A program made the translations under genes and the position numbers. From Candidatus Anstonellaceae archaeon (lineage in GTDB: Archaea > Micrarchaeota > Micrarchaeia > Anstonellales > Anstonellaceae), in the NCBI GenBank assembly GCA_038891035.1, contig JAWAEW010000006.1, positions 2,221 through 66,220 of the forward strand: a DNA stretch of 64,000 nucleotides. The letters are read 5' to 3'. The notes beneath the pieces are model-generated. The model was not told the DNA's origin, did not search any database, and saw only the letters and a list, made by a program, of their open reading frames with translations. Within the stretch, counting starts at the first letter, position 1. Each line of letters begins with the position of its first letter. This document shows, piece after piece, positions 18,706-28,686 of the stretch.

Positions 18706-19321
18706 AGGATATTTCAAAAAAAGAAAGCGTATATTGGAGCGCATTTCACAGTTTCGCAGTATGAAGAAAGCAGGCCCAAAAAAATTGTTTGAGGAGCTTG
18801 CTTTTTGTATATTGACCCCTCAAAGCAAAGCGCTCCTGTGTCATCAGGCGATTTTGGAGCTTAAAAAGAGAGGATTGTTGTTTGGAGGTAGTGAGGAAGA
18901 GATTGCCAAAGTCCTGAAAGGAAAGGTAAGATTTCACAACAACAAGGCCAAGTTTTTGGTCGCTGCGAGAGAACTTTTCAGAAAGGATAAGTTTAAGAGT
19001 CTCAAAGAAATCACATTTATGCAAAACAATAAGAAGGCAAGAGAAAAGCTTGTTGAGAAAGTAAAGGGAATTGGTTTGAAGGAAGCGACTCACTATTTGA
19101 GGAATGTCGGACGTGGTAAGGGACTTGCAATATTGGATAGGCACATACTCAAAAACCTCTTTTTGCATAAGGTAATAAAGGAAGTGCCAAAGAATCTGAC
19201 AAAATCAAGATACATAAAAATAGAGAAAAGGATGGCCTCTTTTTGCAAGAAGAACAGAATTCCAATTGAGCATGCTGATTTGCTGTTTTGGGCGAAAGAA
19301 ACGGGCTTCATCTTCAAATGA
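18698..19321 (+). CDS. ogg: N-glycosylase/DNA lyase (archaeal Ogg-type HhH-GPD glycosylase)
   Basis: 'FCILTPQSKA' and 'VKGIGLKEATHYLRNVG' helix-hairpin-helix with catalytic-lysine context; 8-nt overlap with upstream gene when started at MIEGYF. Confidence 0.6.
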   Translation: MIEGYFKKRKRILERISQFRSMKKAGPKKLFEELAFCILTPQSKALLCHQAILELKKRGLLFGGSEEEIAKVLKGKVRFHNNKAKFLVAARELFRKDKFKSLKEITFMQNNKKAREKLVEKVKGIGLKEATHYLRNVGRGKGLAILDRHILKNLFLHKVIKEVPKNLTKSRYIKIEKRMASFCKKNRIPIEHADLLFWAKETGFIFK

Positions 19322-19428
19322 CAAGCAAAGATTTAACAATTGTTATGTGAATATGCAAGATTATGCTGCCTTGCTCTGAGGTTCATTGGAAGATACTGCC
19401 AGCAATCTCCAGACATGTGGCAGTTGCA

Positions 19429-19695
19429 ATGGAAAAGGAGGGAATAAGCAGATCTGAAATTGCTCGGCTTCTTGGCACCACAGAAGCAGCAATATCACAA
19501 TATATTAACAGAAAGCGCGGTACAGCAAAGATATCCGATGCGGTCAAGCAGGCTTGCATCCGCCTTGCAAGAAAAGCGGCAAAAGGCAAAATGAATCCTT
19601 CTGCAGTTGACTTGGAGCTGGCAAAGATAGTTGGGCTTGCAAAAAAATTAAGGAAGACTTCTAAAAATCTCTGTCTGTTTTGTGTGAAGTGGTAA
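19429..19695 (+). CDS. HTH transcriptional regulator (possible Suf operon regulator)
   Basis: 'ISRSEIARLLGTTEAAISQYINRKRG' helix-turn-helix; C-terminal CxxC; immediately upstream of sufC with 1-nt spacing. Confidence 0.45.
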   Translation: MEKEGISRSEIARLLGTTEAAISQYINRKRGTAKISDAVKQACIRLARKAAKGKMNPSAVDLELAKIVGLAKKLRKTSKNLCLFCVKW

Positions 19696-19696
19696 T

Positions 19697-20440
19697 ATGA
19701 CTTTGATGAAGCTGGAAAATTTTTGTGTTTTTGCAGGTGAAAAGCAAATAGTAAAAGATGTCTCGCTTGAAATTGGTGAGGGAGAAGTTCATGTAATAAT
19801 GGGGCAAAACGGCGCAGGCAAGACTACGCTTCTTTCTGCATTGGCAGGAAATCCAAAATTTTATACACAAGGCACTGCAAATTTCGACGGAAGAGATTTG
19901 GCTTTGATGAAGCCTCATGAGAGGGCAAAGGCCGGGTTGTTGATGGCCTTTCAATCACCGTATGAAGTCCCTGGTGTCCCATTTGCATCTTTTCTGCGTC
20001 GAGCTTATGTGGAACGCTTTGGAAAGGAAATTTCAGTTTCTGATTTCCAAATGCTTCTTTCTGAAAAAATGAAGATGCTTGAGATGAGCGAGGAGTTCGC
20101 TGAGAGAGCCTTGAATGAAGGCTTTTCAGGAGGAGAAAAAAAGAAAAGTGAGCTTTTGCAGCTTGCAGTCCTTGAGCCAAGGCTTGCGTTGATAGACGAG
20201 CTTGATTCTGGATTAGATGTAGATGGTGTGAAAAAAATCTCAGAAATGCTTGGGAAAATAAAAAAAGAGAGCAATTCTCTTTTGATTGTTACGCATTATG
20301 CACGTCTACTTCGAAATCTCAAGCTTGATGCGGTCCATGTTATGAGGCATGGTAAAATAGTGCTTTCAGGAGACGAACGGCTTGCAAAGAAAATTGATGA
20401 AGAAGGCTATGGGTGGGTGAATAGAAGTGTCTGGGACTGA
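19697..20440 (+). CDS. sufC: Fe-S cluster assembly ATPase SufC
   Basis: Walker A 'GQNGAGKTT', ABC signature 'LNEGFSGGEKKKSELLQL', Walker B 'LIDELDSGLD'. Confidence 0.9.
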   Translation: MTLMKLENFCVFAGEKQIVKDVSLEIGEGEVHVIMGQNGAGKTTLLSALAGNPKFYTQGTANFDGRDLALMKPHERAKAGLLMAFQSPYEVPGVPFASFLRRAYVERFGKEISVSDFQMLLSEKMKMLEMSEEFAERALNEGFSGGEKKKSELLQLAVLEPRLALIDELDSGLDVDGVKKISEMLGKIKKESNSLLIVTHYARLLRNLKLDAVHVMRHGKIVLSGDERLAKKIDEEGYGWVNRSVWD

Positions 20441-21860
20441 AAAAAAGTTTGAACAAGAAAATAAAGAAGATGAAATGTCTGAGGCGTTTGTGAAGCAGCT
20501 TAGTGTAGGCTACAAGGCAAGCCAAATTGGTCTGACGCTTGATGTAGTGAATGAGATTTCAGATGTGAAAGGTGAACCGGATTGGATGAGGAAAAAAAGG
20601 ATTGAGTCCTTCAAAATATTTCAAAGCAAACCTATGCCATCTTGGGGCCCAAGCCTAAGCGGCCTGGATTTTGGGCAACTTGTGGGATTTGTAAGGCCGC
20701 ATGGAAAAACGCCCGGGCAGCAGATAAACAGCTGGGAGGATGTGCCTGAAAGCATAAAGGAAACCTTTGAAAGGCTCGGAATTCCTGAAGCTGAAAGAAA
20801 ATATCTTGCAGGTGTCTCTACTCAGTACGATTCAGAAGTGCTTTACAAAAGCATAAGGAAAAATTTGGAAAGCATTGGCGTGATTTTTACCGATATGGAT
20901 AGTGCAGTGCAAGAATATCCTGAATTAGTGAAAAAATACTTCATGACTTCTTGCGTTCCACCCTCAGACAACAAATTTGCTGCTCTGCATGGGGCATTTT
21001 GGTCTGGAGGAAGCTTTGTTTATGTGCCAGCTGGAGTTGTGGTTCCACAGCCTCTGCACATTTATTTCATGATGAATTATCCTGGATTTGGGCAGTTTGA
21101 ACACACGCTCATAATTGCTGAAGAAGGTAGCCAAGTGCAATACATTGAAGGCTGCTCAGCCCCGCGCTACACTAAAAATTCACTGCATTCTGCTGTTGTG
21201 GAGATATTTGCAAAGAAAGAAAGCAGAGTACAGTACATCTCTATACAAAATTGGAGCAAAAACGTCTATAACTTGAATACAAAAAGAGCCATAGTAGAGG
21301 AGAACGCAACTATGGAGTGGGTTTCTGGAAGCTTGGGTTCAGGTACTACTATGCTTTATCCTTGCAGCGTTCTTGCAGGAAAAGGCGCACGCGCAGAGCA
21401 CCTCTCAATTGCTCTTGCAGGTGAAGGACAGGTTAAAGACACTGGCGCAAAAGTTATACATCTTGCAGAAAATACAGCTAGCAAAGTGTTAAGTAAAAGC
21501 ATTTGCTATTCTGGAGGAGTAGTACGGTATCGCGGTCTGGTGCATGTTTCAAAAGAAGCACATGGAACAAAATGCAGTGTGAGATGCGACAGTATGATGG
21601 CAGATAGCCTCTCTAAGGCTGAAACTGTTCCTGTAATGGACATCAAAAACTCAAATTGCACAGTAGCACATGAAGCCTTTGTTGGAAGGATATCCGAAGA
21701 GCAACTTTTCTATCTTCAAAGCAGAGGGATAAAACCTGATGAAGCAGTAGGAATGCTTGTGCGAGGCTTTGTAGAGCCTATAGTAAGGCATCTTCCTTTG
21801 GAATACGCTGTTGAACTTGACAAGCTAATTGAGATGGAAATGGAAGGTGCGGTAGGATGA
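20427..21860 (+). CDS. sufB: Fe-S cluster assembly protein SufB
   Basis: 477 aa; SufB/SufD beta-helix core; GTG start overlapping sufC (alternative ATG at 20475). Confidence 0.9.
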   Translation: MSGTEKKFEQENKEDEMSEAFVKQLSVGYKASQIGLTLDVVNEISDVKGEPDWMRKKRIESFKIFQSKPMPSWGPSLSGLDFGQLVGFVRPHGKTPGQQINSWEDVPESIKETFERLGIPEAERKYLAGVSTQYDSEVLYKSIRKNLESIGVIFTDMDSAVQEYPELVKKYFMTSCVPPSDNKFAALHGAFWSGGSFVYVPAGVVVPQPLHIYFMMNYPGFGQFEHTLIIAEEGSQVQYIEGCSAPRYTKNSLHSAVVEIFAKKESRVQYISIQNWSKNVYNLNTKRAIVEENATMEWVSGSLGSGTTMLYPCSVLAGKGARAEHLSIALAGEGQVKDTGAKVIHLAENTASKVLSKSICYSGGVVRYRGLVHVSKEAHGTKCSVRCDSMMADSLSKAETVPVMDIKNSNCTVAHEAFVGRISEEQLFYLQSRGIKPDEAVGMLVRGFVEPIVRHLPLEYAVELDKLIEMEMEGAVG

Positions 21861-22996
21861 AAATGCCGCTGAACCAGCAGGCAGAGGCCATTTCATCTTT
21901 TCTTGGTGAGCCTGAATGGATAAGAGCAAAAAGGCTGCAAGCAGTACAATTGCTTCAGAAAAGGAAGGGAAGAGGCGAAGTTGAAGGCTTTAGGATGGAA
22001 AAGGGAGATGTAAGTGTAAGTGCCGAATGTGAAGGTCGATGTAGAGTTCTTTCTTTCGAAGAGGCAATTTCTGAAGGAAATGCGCTCAAGGAGCAACTTT
22101 CACGGCCGTTTGACAGGCAAGCTCCGGATAATTACCTTTTGTCTTTTGCACTTTTTACTGATGCTGCTGTGGTGGCTTGTGGAGAAGGCAAAAACAAAGC
22201 AAGGATAAGATATTCTGGGAGGCCTTCAGAATATTTTGCCTGGTTTTTCCTTTTTGAAGATGCAGCGGAGGCAGAAATTATTTTTGAAAGCACAATCCAG
22301 TCTGATGTTTCTGACTGCAGGTCTTTTTTTGTAGGCCAAAAAGCAAAGCTTGAGTTGGCCATGATACATCAAGAAGCCGAGGCCAGTAAAATTGAAATTG
22401 CGAATGTGTTTTTGCTGGGCAAAACAAGCCAGGTAAAAATTTTTGATTTTGATCTTGGGGCATCTGAGAGACTGCACAAAGAAGTAATTTTCCAAGAAAA
22501 GGAAGAAAGCCGGTGTGAGAGGCACGGACTTTCTGTGATGGCCGGGAAGCAGAACTTCAAAAAAGAGATTCAAATAAACCATTTGGCAAGAAACACCTTT
22601 TCACGGACAAATTTGAAGCATATCTGTAGCGGCAGCTCGAACAGCTATGTTGAAGGTAAAGTTTTTATATCGCAGGACGCAGAGGATGCAGACGCGTTCT
22701 TTCTTGCAAGGTCTTTGCTTGCATCAAGCCAAGCAACTTCCAAGCTTTCCCCACAAATTTTTGTGCATAACAATCAGGTGAATGCATCGCATGGCTCTAG
22801 CGTCTTTTCATTTGATCCTGATTGGCTTTTTTATCTTCAAAGCAGAGGACTACCAGAAATCGAAGCAAAAAAAGCCGTCATTGAAGGGTTTGGAATGGAA
22901 ATACTTGGCAAAGCAAGTCAATTTGTCTTCAAAAATGCCGAAACTAAAATACTCGAAAAAATTGAGCTTGCTTGCAAAGAGGTAGAATATGATTGA
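21857..22996 (+). CDS. sufD: Fe-S cluster assembly protein SufD-like
   Basis: 379 aa SufBD-family paralog following sufB with ATGA overlap. Confidence 0.7.
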   Translation: MKMPLNQQAEAISSFLGEPEWIRAKRLQAVQLLQKRKGRGEVEGFRMEKGDVSVSAECEGRCRVLSFEEAISEGNALKEQLSRPFDRQAPDNYLLSFALFTDAAVVACGEGKNKARIRYSGRPSEYFAWFFLFEDAAEAEIIFESTIQSDVSDCRSFFVGQKAKLELAMIHQEAEASKIEIANVFLLGKTSQVKIFDFDLGASERLHKEVIFQEKEESRCERHGLSVMAGKQNFKKEIQINHLARNTFSRTNLKHICSGSSNSYVEGKVFISQDAEDADAFFLARSLLASSQATSKLSPQIFVHNNQVNASHGSSVFSFDPDWLFYLQSRGLPEIEAKKAVIEGFGMEILGKASQFVFKNAETKILEKIELACKEVEYD

Positions 22997-24200
22997 TGTG
23001 TTAGAAATAAGGAGTGACTTCCCGATTTTGAAAAGAAAAATTAATGGGAAGCCTCTCGTTTATCTTGACAACGCAGCAACCACTCAAAAACCAAAGCAAG
23101 TGATAGAGGCCATTAGAAGATACTATATGGACTGCAATGCCAATGTCCATCGTTCCTCTTATCAGCTTTCGGTTGAGGCAACAGGTAAATATGAACAGGC
23201 AAGAAAGAAAGTGGCGGAATTCATTGGGGCAAATGCGGACGAGATCATTTTCACCCGTAACACAACTGAATCGCTGAATGCAGTTTCTTATATGATAAGA
23301 AAGAGGCTTTCGAAAAAAACTAAGATACTCTTGACAAAGATGGAACACCACAGCAATATTGTTCCTTGGCAGGCGGCTGCAAAAGCAACTGGAGCAAAGG
23401 TGGATTATGTTGGAATTGGATTAGATTGGAAGATAGACAGCGCTGAAGCAAAAGAAAAGCTGGAAGAAGAATGTGCTATTTTTTCATTTACCCACGCATC
23501 AAACGTAATTGGGATTGAAAACGACGTAAAGGTGCTTTGCAGGCTGGCAAGGAAGGCAGGTGCGTACAGTTGTGTTGATGCTGCTCAAAGTGTACCGCAC
23601 TTCGCATTAAATGTGAAGGAAATTGGCTGTGATTTTCTTGCTTTTTCTGGCCATAAAATGTGCGGACCGATGGGAATAGGTGTGCTTTATATAAGAAAGG
23701 AGATTCAGCAACAGCTGGAGCCTTTTTTGTTTGGAGGCAACATGATAAAAAATGTCGATCTGCATCACACTGAATTTGCAGATTCAGTGCAACGGTTTGA
23801 AGCTGGAACGCAGAATGTGGCGGGTGCTGTTGGGTTGGCTGCTGCTATAGACTATTTGAAAAAAATCGGCATGCAAAACATTTCCAAGCACGCAAATTCC
23901 CTTGCTGAAGCATTTGCAGAAAGAATAGAAAAGATTCCAAAGATAAAAATATATGGACCAAAAAGAAAGGATGCTGGCCTTGTTTCCTTTAATATAGGTA
24001 AAATTCATCCGCACGATGTGGCTGAGTTTGCAAATATGGAAGGGATTTGCATAAGGGCAGGGCACCACTGCTCTCAGCCACTGCTTGCCGCTTTAGGGGA
24101 AAACGCAAGCTGCCGAGCTAGCTTTTATATTTACAATACAGAAGAAGAAGCAGAAAAACTTGCTTGTGTCTTGGAAAAATGCAAAAATGCTTTAGGGTAA
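22989..24200 (+). CDS. sufS: cysteine desulfurase SufS (class V aminotransferase fold)
   Basis: 'YLDNAATTQKP', PLP-lysine region 'FLAFSGHKMCGPMGIG', catalytic Cys 'RAGHHCSQP'. Confidence 0.85.
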   Translation: MIDVLEIRSDFPILKRKINGKPLVYLDNAATTQKPKQVIEAIRRYYMDCNANVHRSSYQLSVEATGKYEQARKKVAEFIGANADEIIFTRNTTESLNAVSYMIRKRLSKKTKILLTKMEHHSNIVPWQAAAKATGAKVDYVGIGLDWKIDSAEAKEKLEEECAIFSFTHASNVIGIENDVKVLCRLARKAGAYSCVDAAQSVPHFALNVKEIGCDFLAFSGHKMCGPMGIGVLYIRKEIQQQLEPFLFGGNMIKNVDLHHTEFADSVQRFEAGTQNVAGAVGLAAAIDYLKKIGMQNISKHANSLAEAFAERIEKIPKIKIYGPKRKDAGLVSFNIGKIHPHDVAEFANMEGICIRAGHHCSQPLLAALGENASCRASFYIYNTEEEAEKLACVLEKCKNALG

Positions 24201-24204
24201 AAAT

Positions 24205-24588
24205 ATGACATTAAGTCGCAATCTTTATGAGGAAAATATTATTGACCACTATAAGCGACCAAGAAACCACAAAGTTTTGGATTCTTATTCTGTAGAAGCA
24301 TCTGATGAGAATTTACTTTGCGGAGATAAAGTAAAAGTACAGCTGAAGATTGAGGGTGGTAAGATAGCAGATATAGGGTTTCAGACAGAAGGCTGTGCCA
24401 TCTGCACTGCTGCTGCATCTATGTTTTCTGAAGAAATGATTGGAAAAAGTCTAAAGGAGGCGGAAGTCGCAGATCAAAAGCTGGTGTTGAAGCTGCTTGG
24501 AATTGAGCCTGGCCCTGCAAGAATGGGTTGTGCTCTCTTGCCGCTAAAGGTTTTCAAGCTGGCTCTTCACAAATTCGGCAGGAAGTGA
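24205..24588 (+). CDS. sufU: SUF-system NifU-like sulfur-transfer protein SufU
   Basis: 127 aa; conserved Cys in 'LCGDKV', 'TEGCAICTAAAS', and C-terminal 'GCALLP'. Confidence 0.75.
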   Translation: MTLSRNLYEENIIDHYKRPRNHKVLDSYSVEASDENLLCGDKVKVQLKIEGGKIADIGFQTEGCAICTAAASMFSEEMIGKSLKEAEVADQKLVLKLLGIEPGPARMGCALLPLKVFKLALHKFGRK

Positions 24589-24592
24589 GTAT

Positions 24593-25435
24593 ATGGACGA
24601 AGTTGAATTTGGGCCTGCAGGCATACCCATTCAAACTCCTGCTCCAGCAGGCACTGCAGAAGGGATAGCATACTGCAGGAAGCTTGGATTGGGAGCTATG
24701 GAGGTGGAATTCGTACATGGTGTGAGGATGTTAAAAGAAAAGGCAGAGGAAGCCCACAAAGCAGCAATCAAAAGCAATGTCCGGCTCTCTTGCCATGCAC
24801 CGTATTACATCAACTGTTGTGCAAAAGAGCAACACAAAGTAGAGGCAAGCATCAGATATATTGTTTCTACTGCCCAGGCTGCTTTCTGGCTTGGAGCTTC
24901 GCCTATCGTTATACACAGCGGCCATTATATGGGCAGGCCTGCGCAGGAGTGCCGCAAGCAGGTCATTGCTACCTATCAAAGATGCTTGGAGGAGATGGAG
25001 TCGCTTGGGATAAAGGGTGTGGCGCTTGGAGCTGAGCTTACTGGCAAGCCAACAGCTTATGGTTCGCTTGAAGAGATCATAGATTTGTCTGAGTATTTTG
25101 GGCAAGAGAAAGTAGTGCCTGTAATAGATTATGCTCATTACCATGCAAGGCAAGCAAGGCTGCAAACAAAAGAAGATTACTTGAAAATATTGGAAACTGT
25201 TGAAAAGAGGCTTGGATCCAAGGCTGCGAAGGATTTTCATTGCCACTTTTCAGGTATAGAATTCACTCCGAAAGGTGAAAAAAATCACCTGTCAATTTCA
25301 TCTGATTCCCCGCCTTTCAAGCCACTTGCGCAGGCTTGGAAAGAGAATGGTTGGAAAGGGAGGGTGATTTGCGAATCCCCTCTTCTTGAAAAGGACGCCA
25401 TAGTGCTCAAAGAGATGTATCAGAAGGCAAGGTAG
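24593..25435 (+). CDS. nfo: endonuclease IV (AP endonuclease family 2)
   Basis: 'SCHAPYYIN' and 'IVIHSGHY' metal-binding motifs of Nfo TIM barrel. Confidence 0.7.
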   Translation: MDEVEFGPAGIPIQTPAPAGTAEGIAYCRKLGLGAMEVEFVHGVRMLKEKAEEAHKAAIKSNVRLSCHAPYYINCCAKEQHKVEASIRYIVSTAQAAFWLGASPIVIHSGHYMGRPAQECRKQVIATYQRCLEEMESLGIKGVALGAELTGKPTAYGSLEEIIDLSEYFGQEKVVPVIDYAHYHARQARLQTKEDYLKILETVEKRLGSKAAKDFHCHFSGIEFTPKGEKNHLSISSDSPPFKPLAQAWKENGWKGRVICESPLLEKDAIVLKEMYQKAR

Positions 25436-25510
25436 GCTATTTTAAACCTTCTTCGAGAAAATAATGACACTTTGATCAGTTGCTTTGCTGCACGAGTTGT
25501 AGGTGGCATT

Positions 25511-26074
25511 ATGTATTATGTTCTAAAGTGTAAGGATAAGGTCCGCCTTCCACCTCAGTTCTTTTCTATGAAACTGGAGGATGCTCTGACTCAGATACTG
25601 CGAGAGCAATATGAAAGGAGAATAGATAAAGATGCTGGAGTCGTACTTGCTGTCTGGAATGCAAAGGCGGTAGGGGACGGAGTAGTAGTACCTGGCGACA
25701 ATGCTGCATATTATGAGGTTGAGTTTGACGTTTTGACTTATCTTCCTCAGATAAATGAAGTGATTGAATCTGAGGTTTCAGAAGTTGTAGAGTTCGGCGT
25801 TTTTCTTTCTCTTGGTCCGCTTGAAGGATTGGTCCATTTGTCTCAGATTGCAAATGATTTCCTAAACTATAACAAAAAAAGTATGTCATTCACTGGAAAG
25901 GAGAGTAAAAAAACCCTAAAGAAAGGGGACCGTGTATTTGCCAAGATTTCAACTGTTAGCCTAAAAGGGAGCATACCTGAAAGCAAAATAGGTCTTACCA
26001 TGAGGCCTGAAGGGCTAGGCAAAGATGAATGGTTGGCTGCTGCATCAGCCTCCAAGAAGGAGGAGAAAAAATGA
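25511..26074 (+). CDS. rpoE: DNA-directed RNA polymerase subunit E' (Rpo7) with S1 domain
   Basis: start MYYVLKCKDKVRLPP typical Rpo7 N-terminus; C-terminal S1-like domain. Confidence 0.75.
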   Translation: MYYVLKCKDKVRLPPQFFSMKLEDALTQILREQYERRIDKDAGVVLAVWNAKAVGDGVVVPGDNAAYYEVEFDVLTYLPQINEVIESEVSEVVEFGVFLSLGPLEGLVHLSQIANDFLNYNKKSMSFTGKESKKTLKKGDRVFAKISTVSLKGSIPESKIGLTMRPEGLGKDEWLAAASASKKEEKK

Positions 26075-26256
26075 AGGCCTGCAAGAAATGTAAATTGCTT
26101 GTTGAGAGTAACATTTGCCCGGTCTGCCAAAGCAGTGACCTTACTGAGAAGTTTTCTGGCCAGCTAATTGTGCTTGACCCGGAAAAGTCAAGCATTGCAC
26201 AAAAGCTTGGCGCAAAAGCAGTTGGGCGGTATGCTATAAAAATTAGAGAGAAGTGA
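26071..26256 (+). CDS. spt4: transcription elongation factor Spt4 (RpoE'')
   Basis: 61 aa, zinc ribbon 'CKKCKLL...CPVC'; ATGA overlap with rpoE stop. Confidence 0.65.
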   Translation: MKACKKCKLLVESNICPVCQSSDLTEKFSGQLIVLDPEKSSIAQKLGAKAVGRYAIKIREK

Positions 26257-26261
26257 GTTAT

Positions 26262-26555
26262 ATGGCAAGCAAAAAAAGAGGAAGGGAAAGACTCGTTACT
26301 TGTGCAGCTTGCGGCAGGACTATGCCAAAAGATAAGGCAGTGAAATTTGGAAAGGTTACCGTGTTTTCAACAGAACTTAAGACTGGGGACGATGTTAAAA
26401 CTACCACCTTCATTGAGAACTATTATTGCATTTCATGTGGCAAGCACAGAAGGATATTTGAAAAGCTGAAAAGCAAAGCTGCAAGGCAGGCGGCAAATAG
26501 GGATGGTAATTTCAGGCCGCCTACCGATAGGTGGAATTCTGGTCCAAGATGGTAA
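26262..26555 (+). CDS. rps26e: 30S ribosomal protein S26e
   Basis: 'CAACGRTMPKDKAVKF' and 'YYCISCGKHRR' match S26e 'C..C..VPKDKAIKKF / YCVSCAIH' signature. Confidence 0.6.
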   Translation: MASKKRGRERLVTCAACGRTMPKDKAVKFGKVTVFSTELKTGDDVKTTTFIENYYCISCGKHRRIFEKLKSKAARQAANRDGNFRPPTDRWNSGPRW

Positions 26556-26576
26556 AGCTTTGCTGGGGGCGAAGCT

Positions 26577-26864
26577 ATGGAGGAGAAGCTTACTTTTGAA
26601 GGGAGAGAATACATAGGCTTGAGCTTTCCACTTGGCAATGTGCCACTTTTGATTGTCAAGGCAAAAAAAGGGTATGTTGCCTGTGGGTACATTTCAAAGG
26701 AGGCCGCTGAAAAATATGGAGATATTGCTGCTTTTGTAACAGGGGTTAAAAATTTTGACGAATTTTTCAAGGCGAAGATAAAGTATTTTACAAGTTGGGC
26801 AGATGACCTGGGGATAAGAGAGGGGATGTCTGTAAAGAAGGCACTTGAGCTTATGGATGAGTAA
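26577..26864 (+). CDS. DUF1805 (YunC-like) domain protein
   Basis: 95 aa; 'PLLIVKAKKGYVACGY' pattern. Confidence 0.5.
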   Translation: MEEKLTFEGREYIGLSFPLGNVPLLIVKAKKGYVACGYISKEAAEKYGDIAAFVTGVKNFDEFFKAKIKYFTSWADDLGIREGMSVKKALELMDE

Positions 26865-27372
26865 GCCGAAGTGCCTCGGCTGCAAGCCTTTTTGCGCTTT
26901 TTGATTTTATTTGCAAGAGTGCGCTCTTGACGAATTGATCTGTTTTGGCTCCAGAGGCTTTATAGGACAATGCTTGAAAGAGCATATCAAGCTTGTCTGC
27001 ATCAGTGCAAAGCTGAAGCAGCCTATCAGGATAAGTGGCAGTTATCTCATCTTCAAGCACTGTGCCTAAAAGCATGGAGGATTTTGCTTTCTTTGTGTCT
27101 GCATTCACAAAGGCTTTCTGCAGCTTGGACAAATCGCCTGTTTTTGCCTCGGCCAAATCATGCAAAATCGCCAATTTAAGAAGATCTGCCTCGCTGCTTT
27201 TGTCTAGATTTTCCATCTTTGAAAGAACAAGAGCTATCAAAGCAGTGCCAAAAGAGTGGTCAGCCACCGATTCTGCAGGGAATGCAAAGTCAAGCCAGCC
27301 TGTCCTTGGCAGCTTTTTGAGGCGAAGCGACTCGAAAATCATCTGGGCAGTTTTCTTTGCAGAAGGCACCAT
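26851..27372 (-). CDS. HD-domain phosphohydrolase (YfbR-like 5'-deoxynucleotidase family)
   Basis: 'VADHSFGTALIA' (H..HD metal site) and 'ILHDLAEAKTGD'. Confidence 0.65.
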   Translation of the reverse strand: MVPSAKKTAQMIFESLRLKKLPRTGWLDFAFPAESVADHSFGTALIALVLSKMENLDKSSEADLLKLAILHDLAEAKTGDLSKLQKAFVNADTKKAKSSMLLGTVLEDEITATYPDRLLQLCTDADKLDMLFQALSYKASGAKTDQFVKSALLQIKSKSAKRLAAEALRLTHP

Positions 27373-28593
27373 TTACCCACCAGATTCTATAATTGTAAAG
27401 TTCTTTTCTATTATCTTTTTTATGTCAGCAGGGGGATAACCTATCCTTATAAGCCGAGTCCTTCCGCGCATACCTGCGCCGGATTCCAAAGTAGTGATTA
27501 GACCAAGCATCTCAAGGTCGTTTAGGTACTCTCGATGCCATCGGGTTGAGCGGCGTGGCTTGTGGTATTTCTTTGCAACCCTGCAATATTCTTCATACAC
27601 TTCCCCAGAAGTCAAAAAGAAATCATCTTCGGAAGAAGGGTCTGAAAGGCGTGTGTTTTTGCTTTTGTCCAAGGAGAGGTTGGCTATTGCAAGCAAAACA
27701 AGTTGTTGATGGTCAGGGAGGGTGCAAATTGCATCAAATGCCACATCTCTGTCAACTGAACGGCGGGCTTCTTCCACCTCCTTGTCTGAAATTTTGCTTA
27801 CTCCTTTTTCATCTGCAATCTCTCCAGATTTTATCAGAAGCCGTAGGGCATATCTAGCATCGCCGGACTCTTGAGCAGTAATTGCTGCAATCAAGTTGAT
27901 TGCGGACTCTTCAACTGCTCCTGGCTTGAACCCGATTTTTGCTCTTTGAGCCAGAATTGCTTGAAGCTGGGGTGCCGTGTAGGCCGGAAAGACAAATTCG
28001 TTTTCGCAAAGTGAGCTTCGCGAGCGTGGGTCCAGCTGGTCTTTGAACGAAAGCTTGTTTGATATGCCGATGATTGAAACGCTTCCTGCTGAAAGCTCAT
28101 CATTTGTGCGTGTAAGCGTGTAAAGCAGGTCATCTAGGTCTTTTACCATATCCACTTCATCAAGCACCACTACGAGGTGAAGCTTTCTTTGGTTTATCTC
28201 TTCTTTCATCTTTTCATAAAGCAAAGCAAGGCCAAAGCCCATTGAATCTATTTGAGGCAAAAGATCTTTCGTTATTTTTTGCACCACGCGATAGCGTGAA
28301 TTATACATGCGGCAGTTGATATAAACAGCTTTCGCAGAAACATGGTTCTGATTGTATGCCTCAAATTTTGCAATCACGTGTTTGACCGAGGCAGTTTTTC
28401 CGGTGCCTGTTTTTCCATAAAGGAACATATTCCTTGGCCTTTGGTTCGTCAATGCAGGTGAAAGGCCCTCCATAATTTTGAGGATTTCAGCCTCACGGAA
28501 AGGCAGTGTTTCTGGCACATAGTGCGGTGAGAGCACATTCCTATCTGCAAAGACCGTAGGCTTGGAAAGTATTTCTGAGAAGGACTGCGGCAT
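27373..28593 (-). CDS. cdc6: Orc1/Cdc6 replication initiator
   Basis: AAA+ Walker A 'YGKTGTGKTA', Walker B 'LVVVLDEVD', sensor motifs and C-terminal winged helix. Confidence 0.9.
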   Translation of the reverse strand: MPQSFSEILSKPTVFADRNVLSPHYVPETLPFREAEILKIMEGLSPALTNQRPRNMFLYGKTGTGKTASVKHVIAKFEAYNQNHVSAKAVYINCRMYNSRYRVVQKITKDLLPQIDSMGFGLALLYEKMKEEINQRKLHLVVVLDEVDMVKDLDDLLYTLTRTNDELSAGSVSIIGISNKLSFKDQLDPRSRSSLCENEFVFPAYTAPQLQAILAQRAKIGFKPGAVEESAINLIAAITAQESGDARYALRLLIKSGEIADEKGVSKISDKEVEEARRSVDRDVAFDAICTLPDHQQLVLLAIANLSLDKSKNTRLSDPSSEDDFFLTSGEVYEEYCRVAKKYHKPRRSTRWHREYLNDLEMLGLITTLESGAGMRGRTRLIRIGYPPADIKKIIEKNFTIIESGG

Positions 28594-28686
28594 AGCCTCA
28601 CTTTTGCAGGGATTTGATGGGAAGAATAAGCCTTATTAAACTATACTTCGAATAAACAGCGATGTTACAATTATTGAGGTGAGAGG

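Noticed and set aside
28594-28686. Replication origin with ORB boxes upstream of cdc6
   Set aside because: No repeated ORB or mini-ORB-like elements could be recognised by eye in the 93-bp spacer. It is kept only as a low-interest finding.
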